Assembly (NCBI GenBank): GCA_036630325.1
Contig: CP142734.1
Coordinates: forward strand, 310,001-374,000
Reading direction: 5' to 3'
DNA length: 64,000 nucleotides
Source: Vairimorpha necatrix
Taxonomy: Eukaryota
The notes beneath the pieces were generated by a model. The model saw only the letters and a list, made by a program, of their open reading frames with translations. It was not told the DNA's origin and ran no database searches. A program made the translations under genes and the position numbers. Below are positions 26,001 through 39,143 of the stretch, piece by piece (position 1 is the first letter of the stretch; each line of letters starts with the position of its first letter).

Positions 26001-26162
26001 AAATCATAATCAGACAATATTAGTCCATAAACAATCCTCTTAAACTCTTCTAATAACCTTCTGGCCTCTTGATTCAGCCAACACTTGTTAGCTCACAATT
26101 CGGTATCGCCCCCATGTATTTATTCTTCAAATAGGGTTTTTAAAATATAAGAATATATAACA
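23036..26162 (-). mobile_element. Degenerate Ty3/Gypsy LTR retrotransposon with ~49-bp LTRs
   Basis: Gag CCHC (CYNCSRMGHNSQMC), RT (FSVIDLKEAFY), RNase H and integrase (ITDNGKEF..SNGRVER). LTRs at 26115-26162 and 23036-23084 (TGT..ACA). PBS tgggggcgatac, PPT ggagggggaa, TATA TSD. No protease seen. Confidence 0.88.
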
Positions 26163-26764
26163 TATATATAAGCACATTCTAATAGAAACGATAAATTATC
26201 TGAAAAAAAACATAAAAATTCATAATTACAACATAAGGATTTGTTCTTAATTAAAAATATCCCAATAAATGAATTTACGAGCTTACAAACAAAAATTAAA
26301 AATTAAAAGCAAAGTCACAAATTTTGTAAAAAAAATAAACAAAATTGACCAAATTGGTCAAGAAGTTAAAGAAGTAGTAAAAAAATGTAAGATTAAAATC
26401 AGATATTTAACAAATCATAGTCCACATTTAAAAATATTTCACTATTACGAAAGACAAAAAAAATCTATTTAACCCTATGAAATGATTTTTTTAATTTAAG
26501 AGAATTTATTATTTGTTAATTTTCTTTGAGATTAAAAAAAAAAAAGTAATCCAACAAAAAATAAAAATGATCAAAATATTCATATTAATATATTTCTATT
26601 CAAATCGAGAACATATCAATCTTAAGTAAAACATATATATGTTTTTAGTTGAATATTTTAGAATCCATAAATTATAAAATAATTCAAGAAAACGATAATT
26701 TTTTACTTCTTAAAACTGTTTTATATGATCACATGGTATTTTAAGAAAAATTGCAAATATATGG

Positions 26765-29700
26765 TGTCGTATCCGCCTATAAATATTATATATATTCACC
26801 CCTGTGCAATTTAGAATAATAAAGCATTAGACATGGCAACAGCGATAAAAACTGTTGGCTGCTTCAGTAGAAAATTGAAGTGATAATAAATACATGTTTG
26901 CGTGACAGAACGTTTGCGGCTAGTGTTATGGGACTGAAAGAAGTTCAGACCGCTAGACTTGTATGCCCGGGTCTACGGGGACCGGCCCGTTCATGGATAG
27001 CCATGGCATTTGAATAAGCGTCCGAACTTGATCTGGCAGTGGTTACTATTAGTCTGAAATTTAGATTTTACAGTTCACAGAAAACTCTGGTCACTCTAGA
27101 CGAGTTTGTTAAAACGTAAAAACTTGGTAACCTAGAGACTTTCATAGACTTCTGCAATAAAGAAAACACTCTTATAGAGTAACAAACAACGGAGTACCAA
27201 GCAGTCAGCCACATAATAATCAAGAAATCACTTTCAGGCCTCAAATCAATTATTTGTGAATTTGCTAGTCAATGCCAAGATTGGAGTGAATTCCTGAGGC
27301 GCACAAAGGAAGTTGCTTGATAACATTCCCTATAAAAAGTAAGCAGACTAAGACGGACGAGATTCCAGATAACAGGGCTTTGAAGGTCGTACCGGCGAAG
27401 AAGGGAAGTATACCTACACCATAGAAAACTACAAGATTAACATCTGTTCCACTAACCCCTGCTACATAAAAGTAGAATTAAATCGTAAACGACATCGAGC
27501 ATTAATCGATACCGGAGCCATTGTCCTCCTGATACCTGCAAGAGTCCTCGAAGGGACAAATATCAGATTGACAAGATCTTCAACGATCATACGAGCAGCC
27601 TCAGGGACACCACTAATGATTACAGAAAGATGTATAGATAAAAATTTTAGGGCAGGAGACGCTTTAATTACTTTCGGCCCGACCGTCACAGAACGAGCAC
27701 CGGACTTATAATCTTAGGAGATGACGATACGGACGAACCCCATATTACTTGAACAACTGATCACTAAATTGCCGATACTGTTAAAGGAGCCTCCCCCTGA
27801 TTAACAAAGTCAATTCCATCTCTTCAAAGAGAAATACCACGAACTTGCTCAAAACTAAAATTTCAGAGCTTACACTTTGTAACATGGCGAAGAATCAAAT
27901 CGAGACAACAGTAGCGAAGGCAATTTTAAAAAAGCGGAAAATCCCTTGCAAAAATGAAGAGGAAAACACACAATAGATCAAGAATAACATGGAGCTGGGG
28001 GTATTAAGAAATGTAAGAGCCCCGGAACAGTAGAGTTGTTCCAGTAACAGAACCTGATGGGTCGATCAGCTCTGTCTAGATTACAGAGAGCTCAACAAGA
28101 TAGCAGTAAAAGATAAATACCTCTTCCACATATTTGCCAATTCTGGACGATCTAGCTGACGCGTCTATCTTTTTGACATTAGATGCTACGTCAGGATATT
28201 ATCAAATATCCCTTGAAGAAGTAGACAAAAGAAGACAGCATTCAGCTTGAAAAAAGGACTTGAATATTACAGAATGCCGTTTGTGCTATGTAATGCCCCA
28301 GCTACTTTTCAGGGAACTATGATAATATCTTTGTGAAAGAAAACAGAAAATTCGTCGTACCATACTTGGATTACATTATTATCTATTCTGATAATCATTA
28401 GGAACACCATAAACACTTATAATCGTATTGAATAGCCTAAAGGCAGCAGGATTCGCCATAACAGGAAGAAATTAAAATTCTAGGGAATATAGTAAAAACA
28501 AGACGATCAAACCAGACCCAGAGAAGGTCAAAGCATAAGGAGTATACGGAGCCGACGAATATTCCTCAACTACGGTCGTTTTTTCCTCATAAATTACTGT
28601 AGAGAGTTCATCACAACTTGTAAGCGATGCAACCCCTTTATAGGAACTGTTTAAAGGAGAGTCAAAACGAAGTGTTAAGAGTATTTCTCTCGGTAAAAAA
28701 GCGAAACAGGCATTCGAACATCTAAAGAGACTGCTCACAGAAGAGACAATACAATAAGATTGATCTCAAGAAACCGTATATTTTGACTACGGATGCGTCG
28801 GAGCAGAAAATAGGCGCAATCCTCTCACAGATTGGAAATTATGGGAAGATCACTTAGTAAGTGCATTCAGCAAAAGATTAGAGAAAGCACATAAGAATTA
28901 CTCTAACACAGACTTAGAGCTCTTGGCCGTATTAAAAGATATCGAGAACTATAGACACTTTCCCTAGGCATAGAGTTTATACTAAAGACGGACACAAAGC
29001 ACTGACTTATTGATGGAAAGCCAAGAACCCTACCAGTAGATTGCTGAGATGGAATGATGTTGCAGGAGTATGCATTTCGATCAACCTACATAAAAAAAGG
29101 TTTAACGGAGCAGACGGGTTAAAGACAAACTTTGACAGTTAAAGATATAAATAGCATCGAAGCTACAGGACATAGTGGTGAGAACAGACTGTAGATCCTA
29201 AAATCCTACAATCTTACGTTGAACGTACTAGCGCCAGTACGATGAGCTTCATGATTTTCGTAGGCACAAATGAGCAGGAATGCATAATGACATCAAGGAA
29301 CAAGTAGAAAAAGTAAAACGTGCTTGAAATCGGGATGCCCATTACAAACACAAAAAACAAAGTCATATATCAGAAACCGAACCAAACATGGGCGATAAAA
29401 CTCATGGGGCGAATCTGCGACCCTTCGGGCTAAAACAGCTTTATTTTCATTGCTATTGACCATTACTCTAAATTATTCGAAACAACGTGATTTATTATAA
29501 AACAGGGTCGACAATAACGGGAATAATTCAGAATTGATTATTGAGAAACATGGCATTCCGGAAAGAATCTTGATTCACAAAGGGCTAAAATTTATAAATT
29601 CTGACGTCAAAGACCTGTCCAAAATGAACCGTATTGACTGATAATACAGTTCACCAGAACATCACAGAACTGTAGGCGCAGTAGAAAGAAAACATCAGAC

Positions 29701-30236
29701 GTTAATAAAAATACTAAATAAACCGACAGATTTCGGAAGATTAAGCTGGAGAAATAAACTTGCGGAAGCCACGAGATGCATCAACCTGTCCTATAATCAA
29801 AGCATAGGAACATCCCCGTCTATGTTAAGAGAGAATAAATTGCCGATGCTTCCTATAAAGAAAGCGCTAGACAAGGAATAAGTGACATATTCAGCGGAGG
29901 AAACAAAGAGCAAGTGCGATGAAAACTTCGAAAAGTACAAAAAAACAATCTTGAAATGGAAACTAGAGGTGACGGCAAAGCTAAACGTGGGCGATAAAGT
30001 TTAAATATATCGTGAGACCAAAAGCGGGAAGTTCAAGTGCAATTGGGAAGATGGATATGTGATCATAGAAATAATTTTACCCAATGCCTTTATAGTAAAA
30101 AAAGAATGGAAAAGTAAACAGGCTTAACAAAGCACGAGTTAAAGCAGATGCTTCAATTAAGGGGTAGAGCTGTCGTATCCACCTATAAATATTATATGTG
30201 CTCAATCCCTGCAATTCATTAGTATAGCATTTGACA
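26765..30236 (+). mobile_element. Degenerate Ty3/Gypsy LTR retrotransposon with 69/66-bp LTRs
   Basis: LTRs at 26765-26833 and 30171-30236. PBS tggcaacagcg, PPT aaggggtagag, TSD TATGG/TATAG. Remnants ALIDTGA, LDATSGYYQI, YLDYIIIYS, TTDASE and integrase. Confidence 0.9.
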
Positions 30237-31169
30237 TATAGCATATAAGAAATGAAATCTGTGTAAAAATTTCCCACAAAAAGCGTGTAAACGTGAAAAA
30301 AACACCTTTTTGTGTTTTTTCAACCAACATGCTTATAATAATATCTCTCAAAAGTTTTTTATTTTTTGTATGTTTAAATTTTAAATGCACGATTCTAAGT
30401 ATTTGCCTTCTAAAGAAACCCAGAGGAGCTACCTCAAAGCAAATACAATTCTATGATGTTAATAATTTTATTATTGTTGTGGCTCGTTGGGCCATGAGTA
30501 CGGGGCATTAAGTCTTCCTTGTCATTGGGTTACAGGGGTAATGGTAATTAGGATGGTTGTTGTTGAAGTGTGTTGTCATCCTTCGAATTGTTGGGGTGAG
30601 AAATAAATTTAAATAAATATTCGATTTTTGGAATAGATCGGTCGAATGGTCTATTTTCCAAAAAGGGAAAATTGATAAAATAAAAATAAATAATTTGTGG
30701 TATTTATAATACCACACCTTCAAAGAGGGGTTCTCTCCCTATGGAAAACTTTGAAAAAAGAAAAGAAAATTTCTAAGAAAAATTACTTATAAATACGCAC
30801 GATAATTAATTCGAAACTTTTATATCATTCCGTTATTAAATATTATATATTAAGCTTAAGCACATTTTTTATATGTGTAATAAAATCATTTTAATGTAAA
30901 TTACATTTTTTAAAATTTTATTCATAAATTTTTATTGCTAAAATTTTTGTCACGGAATACAAAGAATTTTTTTTATGATTAAATAGACCGTTTAATGTAT
31001 AAGTTAGACGATCGTGAATTCAGGTTTTTTTTTATATATCTAATAAAGCATCTGATCCTAAAAACATTACTTTTGTATACTATCTAAATTCATTATTTAT
31101 AGTACGTAAGTATATAATTCTCTAAAAGTACTAATTAATTAAAATAAATTTGTTTCTATGTTTATATAT

Positions 31170-32070
31170 ATAAGTCCATGCAATGTATCTGTGCCCACTG
31201 TGGTATAAAAATGGTTTTTAAGCAAATTTGTCATTTTTAATCCTTGAAAATGAAATGTCGAGAGGATGAGCTCATGAACATTTATACAACAACAATATAA
31301 AAAAGACTGTAAAGTGTAAAAATGCATCGCTGATTGTAAAACAACTACAAAATAAAATTTGTAGCTATAAGTGTTTGGGAGCTTGTAGAATCAAAGTGTT
31401 ATTATAAAAGACATTTTATTTTATTACAAGAAAACAAGTATTTTAGATATTTTATTAGTAATATAATATAATATTGTAAAGTTTAACAGATCGCCATAAA
31501 AAAATTCCTGTGTACTGTAATAAATGTATACAACATATAATCAAAAAACAAATTTTTTGTATAAAACAAAGTTTATAATTTAACTGGTAAAATATAAGGA
31601 ACAGTAATAATATTAAAAACAAATTAAAGCAATTTTGTAAAGTTAAATACAACAAAGGAACCGTTGCGATGGGGTATAAGGGGTTGGAATGGTTATAAGA
31701 AATATACAAAAAAGAAAATAATGATTTCTGTATATAACAGAAAAGCTTACACTCTAAAAAAATTCTTGAAAGATTATGTATACTAAAAATCAATAACACA
31801 TAGTGACTGCTTAAGCCTTGCACTATTTTAAAAGACTACTTTTTTGAGTTGTAAACTGTTGATCATCTACTTGAATTTGTAAACAATTCTAATAGCTGTC
31901 ATACTATAGCTATTGAAAGAAATTGGTTTGGAGTAAAAAATGAAACTACAGCAAGACACAGAACAAGAACACTTATTACTGACTAATAAAAAAGATTTAT
32001 GTTAAGAAGAAAGTTTAAAAGTGAATTGATTACAAATATTATTAAATTAATTTGCTCTTTCTTTTTTTCG
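31170..32070 (+). mobile_element. Degenerate Merlin transposase remnant (paralog of 1-790)
   Basis: Colinear with 1-790; remnants ITHSDC and CHTIAIERNWFGVK. Confidence 0.75.
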
Positions 32071-32099
32071 TTTTGAAATTCCATAAAGGGTATCTTTTT

Positions 32100-34584
32100 G
32101 GTACCCGGAACGAAACAGATCATTAAAAGCAAAAGGTTAAGGACCAAATAATAGATGATAATCTATATATTTACAAATAAAGAGAACTAATCATATTACT
32201 ATTAAGTGGAGGTGCAGTGTAAGGCGCTAATGCCTCGGCTAATAGTAGTATTGTTTACGTCAGCAATCTCGAATCCTGTATTTATTCATTGTCCATAATC
32301 ATGAATCAAATGCTGAATCGGTCTGTAAGAAGAACAAAATAAATAAATGAAACAAAAAATTATCTCTAGCAAAGATTCTCCTAGAAACATTTTATTTCTT
32401 GCCTTAAGAGGAGCAGGGGAAGAAACAATCGCCGAGTAAGCCCTACGAGTCTATTACAAGAATATTAAGGTATTCTAGGATAAATTTCTTAACTCAACCA
32501 AACACCAACCAAACTTTGGGTTTATGTGCTGATTTACTAATCAGGAATGCGGGCGAACAATGGTATCAATATGGGCCTAAAGATTTTGCGAGTGATGAAC
32601 ACAATGATAAGGCTCTAAGGCCTATTCCCGTGAATTTTTTTATAAAAGGGGACCCTTAAAAAAAAGAATCTATATTATTTATTTCGAATTAAAAGTTTTA
32701 AGAGAGTTAAAAAGGCGTCTTTATTGGTATTGGAATTGTGAGTTTTTAATTTATTCTCCTCCAAACATATTCTTCTATATACCCTGGTATTTTTTTTTCG
32801 TTTTGATGTCAGATTTGAAATTAAATCATTCACATTCTATTAAATTAGTGTGGTACCCATCAGCATCGTATATCCTTCCTCATGATTCACGATTTTATGT
32901 ACTATGCCAATTCCAGCAATAGCGTATGGGTAAGATCTGAGGCCATAGTATTTATTACAGACAAAAGACTAATATTTTCAGGGTAAAAGTTGGAGAATGT
33001 TTCTTTTTTTTATTTGGGATAACTTTAAGAACTAGTTTTTTCTTCAAACGCACCAATTATCCATGTAGCTTTACTAATTGAATCATACGTTTCAGATGGT
33101 GACTTTAAATGTTTTCCTTTAATTATAACACTCTCATACACTTGTATTGGGTGCTCTTCCCCCAGAATCTCCCACGTTGTCATGTTATCTTCAGTTATTA
33201 CTTCTAAAATATTCAGTTTAATTCTTTTTATAGTATTTAATAAGACAATAGTATTTTTATTAATATTATATTCATAATTTATTTCGAGTCATGAATATAT
33301 TATAAATAAGTATTTGCTTGTGTCTATCTTTGGACTTGAAATTTTTAGACCCGGAAAAACTGATTTGGATTTTCTACACAATAAGTTAGAACATCTGAAT
33401 AGAAAACTGTTCGAATAATAAATGTCATGTTCCAAAACCATGCTCTCGTAACATTTTGAGCATGTTTTAAATTCTTCAAGTAAGCCATGCCTTTGAATAA
33501 AGGCCATGGATGCTTCATTTGAAGAAAAAATGTCAGATCTCGAATTTCTTGGTTCTTGTTCAAAATTATTCATTTTTTAGGGGTTGTAAAAATTTCCCAG
33601 TTTAGGGCCTATCCCCGGGAAATGCCGTATTTTTTACGTTCATTACCCGGATAGGCCCTGGCGCCAATGATAGTATAATAATTTAAGATACAGATTCGTC
33701 TATGGAAAAATTGGCACAGTATGACATGTGGGTGGTAAATTGGACCTTTGCGGTAGTCCCAATTCCGTATTATCAACTTTGTACCATTAGTTTTATCCGT
33801 GATGCCCATGCACTCAAGATAATATTTACAATTTGAAAGATAAAAGTTGTGAAACCTATTTTTTGTTCTGAATGGTAAAGAGAAGCTTCCAGAGCTCAAC
33901 CCAAGGTTTATTAAAACAAATTTGAAGTATGCTGCAATAAGAGCATTTTCCATAGTTTCCCCGATTGTCAAATTTCAGCTTGTTTTTTTCGCTTAACCCA
34001 GGCTATTGATAGACGTGTTAAAAGTTCGGGGGTTCATCTGTTTACACATGTAAATCTATGGTTAAAATATTTCTTTTGTCTCTTACGGCACTCATATGTT
34101 GAATATGACGAAATATTATCTTCTTTTTTGGAAATATAACAAGAAAGGAGTTTTTCGGAATGCTTGACTGAGTTATATTTCTATTTCTTTACAAATTACA
34201 TTGATTTAAGATACCGTTTTCCGCCGAATTTGTGGTACACGCAAAATAATATAAATTTAGATTTTCAAGAACGTATATGCCATTGAAGGTTGTCATAATA
34301 CCTTTAAAGACACATTTGGTACAAGTAGCTACAGTTTTCATTTATTAGTAAGCAATTTTAAGAATAAAGAAGATATAGTTAGAATCAAGATAATGCAACG
34401 ACCCGTTTTAAATCATGTTTTCGAACGTAAACAAAAATACATTGATAAAGAGAAACGGCTAACAGAATTTTTTAATAAAACTGAAGTTGAAGGTTTTGGT
34501 GCAGATTTTGTCTTTATAATTATTGAACTATTAAAGTTTTATTTTCACTTTTATTTTTCGGAAGTTTCGTCCCGGCCATATGGG
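32100..34584 (+). mobile_element. Degenerate Mutator-like (MULE) element with FLYWCH zinc finger, interrupted by a Merlin
   Basis: KWRCSVR..C...HNH (FLYWCH), WVVNWTFAVVPIPYYQL (degenerate DGTF), FPDCQISACFF, FPPNLW and AIEGCHNTFK. Possible TIR remnant ccgg(a/g)acgaaac at both ends. Absent from copy A. Confidence 0.78.
32619..33659 (-). mobile_element. Degenerate Merlin transposon nested in the MULE
   Basis: N-terminal CSKC..FRCSNLLCRK and PIQVYESVIIKG..WIIGA. TIRs ggcctat../..ataggcc; degenerate 8-bp TSD GGCTCTAA/GGCGCCAA. Confidence 0.75.
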
Positions 34585-34869
34585 TTAAAATAATATTTAT
34601 GGGTCAAAAACGTCTCAAGTAGAGCTTTTAACCCCATACAATATCATCTTTATTTAATTACCTTTTACATATTTTTATTTCGATATTAAGTATTACCCCT
34701 TTCAAAATCCTCATAAATTTTTTTTTCAGTTCTAACCCACTGAAGTTTTTGTTAATGTTATTTAGATGTTATAATCAGTACAAAAATACAAACATGATAT
34801 TAATATTTATAGGTATACTTTAATATGTATAAAAGTCTACAATCATACAATTAGTGACACCCTTTTTTG

Positions 34870-36400
34870 GCTTACTTTTTACTTGACATTATAAACCTAG
34901 AACTCTTTGTTATTGCATTATTACATAACTTCTTATATTCTACTGTGTTTAAGGGTAAATAGATTCACACTGGCCACATAATATTTGTGCCAATCACTAA
35001 AGATTTAAATTTTTCAAAATGAAATTCAAGATATCCTACTAAGACACTTTTGTTCTTAAGAAAAATCTAAATAATAAGAAGGCTTTGTATAATTTCGTAG
35101 TAATTAAATTGCTTTCAAAATATTGTTTTTATCTTAAATTTAGTTTTGTATCTGTGCGAAGAAATATAAGTTTATTTGACTAGTGTTTATCTAGTTTGAA
35201 AAAAAATAAGAAGGAATTGCATCTGTAGACTGAACAATATGAGTTAAAGTCACTATTGAAATAATTGTCATGGAGCAAAGTAAATGACAGAAGACAAAGC
35301 CTGTCTATTGGGCATAAGAATATAAATATCTTCATAATCTAAGGTGCCTACATTCTATGATGTGGTTAGTAAGGTATATGATATAAATGTTAACAATGAT
35401 TATTTATTATAAAATTTAACTTCTATGCATAAAGCAAAAAGATATAATCATCTAGAAAAATGTATCTAGGCCCATATCGATCTCGATTTTGAATGGAATA
35501 TTAAACTGCAAGATAAATTCTGGGTGTAGCCTGTAGAAGCTCAGGCATATTAATTCTGACATGGGGGTTTTGAGCCAACTAAGAGGATGGGTGAAGTAGA
35601 GCAACGATAGTCTTATGTTCTTTTTTTTCTTTGCAAAGAGCTAGGGAGAACCGTCTCATAGAAACCAGGAAGGTTTGTTGTTGATTTCTATCTACTTGAT
35701 TTTATATAATTCTTATCGACATAATTCCCTCTAAATATTTGCTGGATAAGCAATTTCTGTCGTATAACTTGAACTTTGGCTTCGGGAGATTGTATTTTAC
35801 ATCTATACCTTCAATCACGTGTGTTTTTTCCAACAAATATAATTAACAGGCATGGTTTTAATGACCCGGGATGAGTCATCTTCGCCTAAACCAAAAGTGT
35901 ATTGATCATCTTTTATACACAAAACAACTTACACCACCGCTGATCAGCCTTATTTTTTTGGTTGAGTTCACTTTTATTCTACCAACAATTTTGATCATCG
36001 TGGAATAGTACCCACAAGACTTTGTCTTAAACAAGCCTAGAGTCTCTTGGTTGGCTCTAAACCACTCCCAAAATGTAAAAGCCAAGGGCTTAAATCAGTA
36101 ATTACCTAGTTGATACTTTTATCTATCGAGAGTCCATATGTTCTAGGTTTGAAGATGCATTTTAAAATATGTGCTATTTTTTATGGTTAGACTCTTAAAG
36201 TTTTATTAAATCAAATTAACGATTATTGAATATTTTTACTATCTGTGTGGATCAACTGCATCATAAGAAGTAGAAATATTTAGGTGTTAGGGGATCCGAA
36301 CCCGAATATGCCTAAGAGAAACTCTGCACGAACTTAGGCTAAAGGACACCTAAAAGTTAAAAAAATTCAGGAAACGATCTGAGTATATCATGTAACATTG
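34870..36400 (-). pseudogene. Decayed gene of unknown family (copy 3 of 4)
   Basis: Fragments FKPLAFTFWEWFRANQETLGLFKTKSCGYYSTMIKIVG..LISGGVSC and EDDSSRVIKTMPVNYIC. Colinear with 2300-3880. Confidence 0.5.
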
Positions 36401-36989
36401 TTTTTTTTGAGTAATAATTTTAATAAAATATTTGCACTATGAACCAAATTATACTATCAAATTCAAATTTGTTGTTACTTTGTAAATATAAGCACTAAAT
36501 TTCGTTAAAAGAATCCAATAACAAGAAATAAAGAAGCAAAAAATAAGTAAAATTATTTTAGAGTGCAGCAAAGAATTCTTACTATGCAAATCGCTTGAAA
36601 CATGTTTTATTTTATAGAAGAAAACCAATTTAACATGTCCTGGAATATTTGAAAGTATAAATAATTTCTTGCGAAATTACAAAAAACATATATAAAAATA
36701 TTAAATATTTATATAATCTATAACATTCCTTTTTCATTTTTTTAGTTTGTTTTTATGTTTTTGTTTCTTTTCTACATTTCAAGTTTTTATTTTCGAAAAA
36801 GCACAAAAATTAAAGAAAAATATAAATTTTACTTTGTAGACTGTAATTTTCAACTAAAATATCTAAAAGTATATTTTTGATTCTAAAACATTTTCTTTTT
36901 ACAAATTTATAATATATTTTTTTCATATTGCCTTCATCTCAATTTTCAATTTTTCTTTAAAATGTTTTTTTTTAATTTTAAAACAGGGT

Positions 36990-37325
36990 ATGAATAACAC
37001 AGCTTCTTTAAAGAGGGAAATCGAATTAACTTCTAAACTATATTATAAATCAAAGAACCAGTTTAAATCATCAATAATACTTAGTAGACTGAACGAAGTT
37101 AGAAAAAGAGGCAAAATATTTCTAAAAAACAATACAATAAAAAATAAAGAACTTTTACAATGTTCTTGCATAAACTTGTATATTTCAGCATCTTCTAATT
37201 ATACGCTTGGACACTTTATTAAATTTTCAATTGTTTTATTTGGTATTTCTAGTCGTATATATACCAGTGTACAATGTTTTAGTGAAACTATAGATGAAAT
37301 TGATGATATTTTTGAAGATTTATAA
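36990..37325 (+). CDS. Rmp1/NEPRO-like RNase MRP protein subunit, 111 aa
   Basis: E.ELTSKLYYKSKNQFK, LY...LGHFIKFSIVLFGISSR and terminal DEIDDIF resemble Rmp1-family motifs (HRNKNQHR, LGQF, DEIDDIF). GGG motif before the ATG. Confidence 0.7.
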   Translation: MNNTASLKREIELTSKLYYKSKNQFKSSIILSRLNEVRKRGKIFLKNNTIKNKELLQCSCINLYISASSNYTLGHFIKFSIVLFGISSRIYTSVQCFSETIDEIDDIFEDL

Positions 37326-37588
37326 TTAAATAAACTATTTAGTGCCTAGAAATCCATTTATATAATTTAAATTCTGCTATAAACATCTTACATTATGTTT
37401 GTGTAGTATTAAATATAATTATTATAGTGTTATACTTTTGCATATTGGCGCCACCAGGGAATTCGTCCTACTTCCCTCAAAGCGTATGAAAAAAAACCAC
37501 TTCTTTGAAATCAATAAAACTCTTTATTCTTGTTGCAGTATGAATTTTTGCTACATGTCAAATTTCTCATATTTAAGAAAAAATTGAA

Positions 37589-39143
37589 TCATATATATAA
37601 CAGAATTTTATTTAATTTTTTACCCCTCTTTTTTGTGGTTTTGAAAAATCTAGACTACAAATTTTAGACTTATTGTGTATTAAAAATATCAAATTTACAT
37701 CTAATGTTTCGATGTGATTATTGTAAGTGTGTATATTATGTGTTAATGCATTTTTATTCTAATTATTATTTTTGTTAAACTCAGTTCCAAAATATCGTCA
37801 GAATCGTTTTTTAGAATTTATTTAACCCTTCCACAAAAATTCATAAAACAATTAACCATTTCGGATTTCGAATGATAAGTGTCAAATTTTGAACTAAAAA
37901 ACATTTAGAAGTTAAGCATTGAATTTTATATAATAATTTGAATCGAATTCTGTATTTAAGTCTGCCATTAATCTAATATTTACAGTTGTTAAGAATCATA
38001 TTCTCTTCTTTTATTATTCCAACCCAAAATGGTAAATCAATTAAAAAATGCAATGCGCACACACATTTATCCCGTTTTCAAAACGGGAAAGCATACGCTA
38101 GTCATATATATAAAAGAATTTTATTTAATTTTTTACCCCTCTTTTTTGTGGTTTTAAAATTTCTAAACTATGTATTTTGATCTTATTAAGTTATAAAAAT
38201 AGTTTTTTTAGATTTAATGTTTCAATTTGATAATTGTAGATGCGTATACTATATGTTAATACTTTTTTGTTTTTTATAAATTTTTTGTAAAACTCAGTTC
38301 CAAAATATCGTCAGAATCGTTTTTTAGAATTTATTTAACCCTTCTACAGAAAATTGCAAAATATCTGACAAATAAAGATTTTGAATGTAAGTATCAAAAA
38401 TTGAGCTTTAAGAATTCTCAAAATTATCGTAATGAGATTCATATGTGTTTTTAACTTACTTTTACGCTTTAGATGTTACTTAAAAGTGTATTTTAAAAAG
38501 TCAAAAATATACTTTTCAAATTCCTTCTTCGCGAAATGGAAATTCAAAAAAAAGATAAAGGAGGTACTTATTTTAAAGCAAAATTTAAATATCCCGTTTT
38601 CAAAACGGGAAAGCATACGCTAGTCATATGTATAAAAGAATTTTATTTAATTTTTTACCCCTCTTTTTATGATTTTGTAAAATCTAAACTTCTTATAATA
38701 GCTTTTTATCTTATTATAATATCAGATATAAACTCAATGAAGTATTTTGACTATCGTAAGTGTGTATGTTATAAGTTGATACTTTTTTGTTTTAATTATT
38801 ATTTTTGTAAAACTCAGTTCCAAAATATCGTCAGAATCGTTTTTTAGAATTTATTTAACCCTTCTAGAAAAAATTCACAAAAATATTAACCAAAGAAAAA
38901 TCGAATATAAGTGTCAAAACTTGAGCTTAGAAGTTCCCAAAATTTTTTAAATATAACTCATAAGTGTTTTTAACTCAACTTTACTCTCTATATGTTACTA
39001 AAAAGTATTTCTAATAAACATGCCTTTACCCTGTCAAATTCAATCATCCCAAAATGGAAACTTACCAAAATTTACCGAGGCGGGACATATTATAAAACAA
39101 AACATATTAATTCCCGTTTTCAAAACGGGAAAGCATACGCTAG
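37589..39143 (+). mobile_element. Head-to-tail trimer of non-autonomous Helitrons (37589-38101, 38102-38623, 38624-39143)
   Basis: Each unit starts TC and ends with the hairpin TCCCGTTTT-C-AAAACGGGA, 9 nt, then CTAG. The array sits between an A and a T. Confidence 0.88.

Noticed and set aside
30508-30723. GC-richer stretch with CCC motif and a 23-aa ORF (MTTHFNNNHP..)
   Set aside because: It is too short and has no recognisable homology or second copy to support it.
34570-34590. piggyBac end (..GGG|TTAA)
   Set aside because: There is no matching TTAA-CCC end, and the adjacent coding remnant is MULE-type.
37589-39143. CRISPR-like array (invariant blocks alternating with variable DNA, palindromic repeat)
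   Set aside because: The variable parts are homologous to each other and 140-240 bp long, no cas genes are present, and the termini fit Helitrons.
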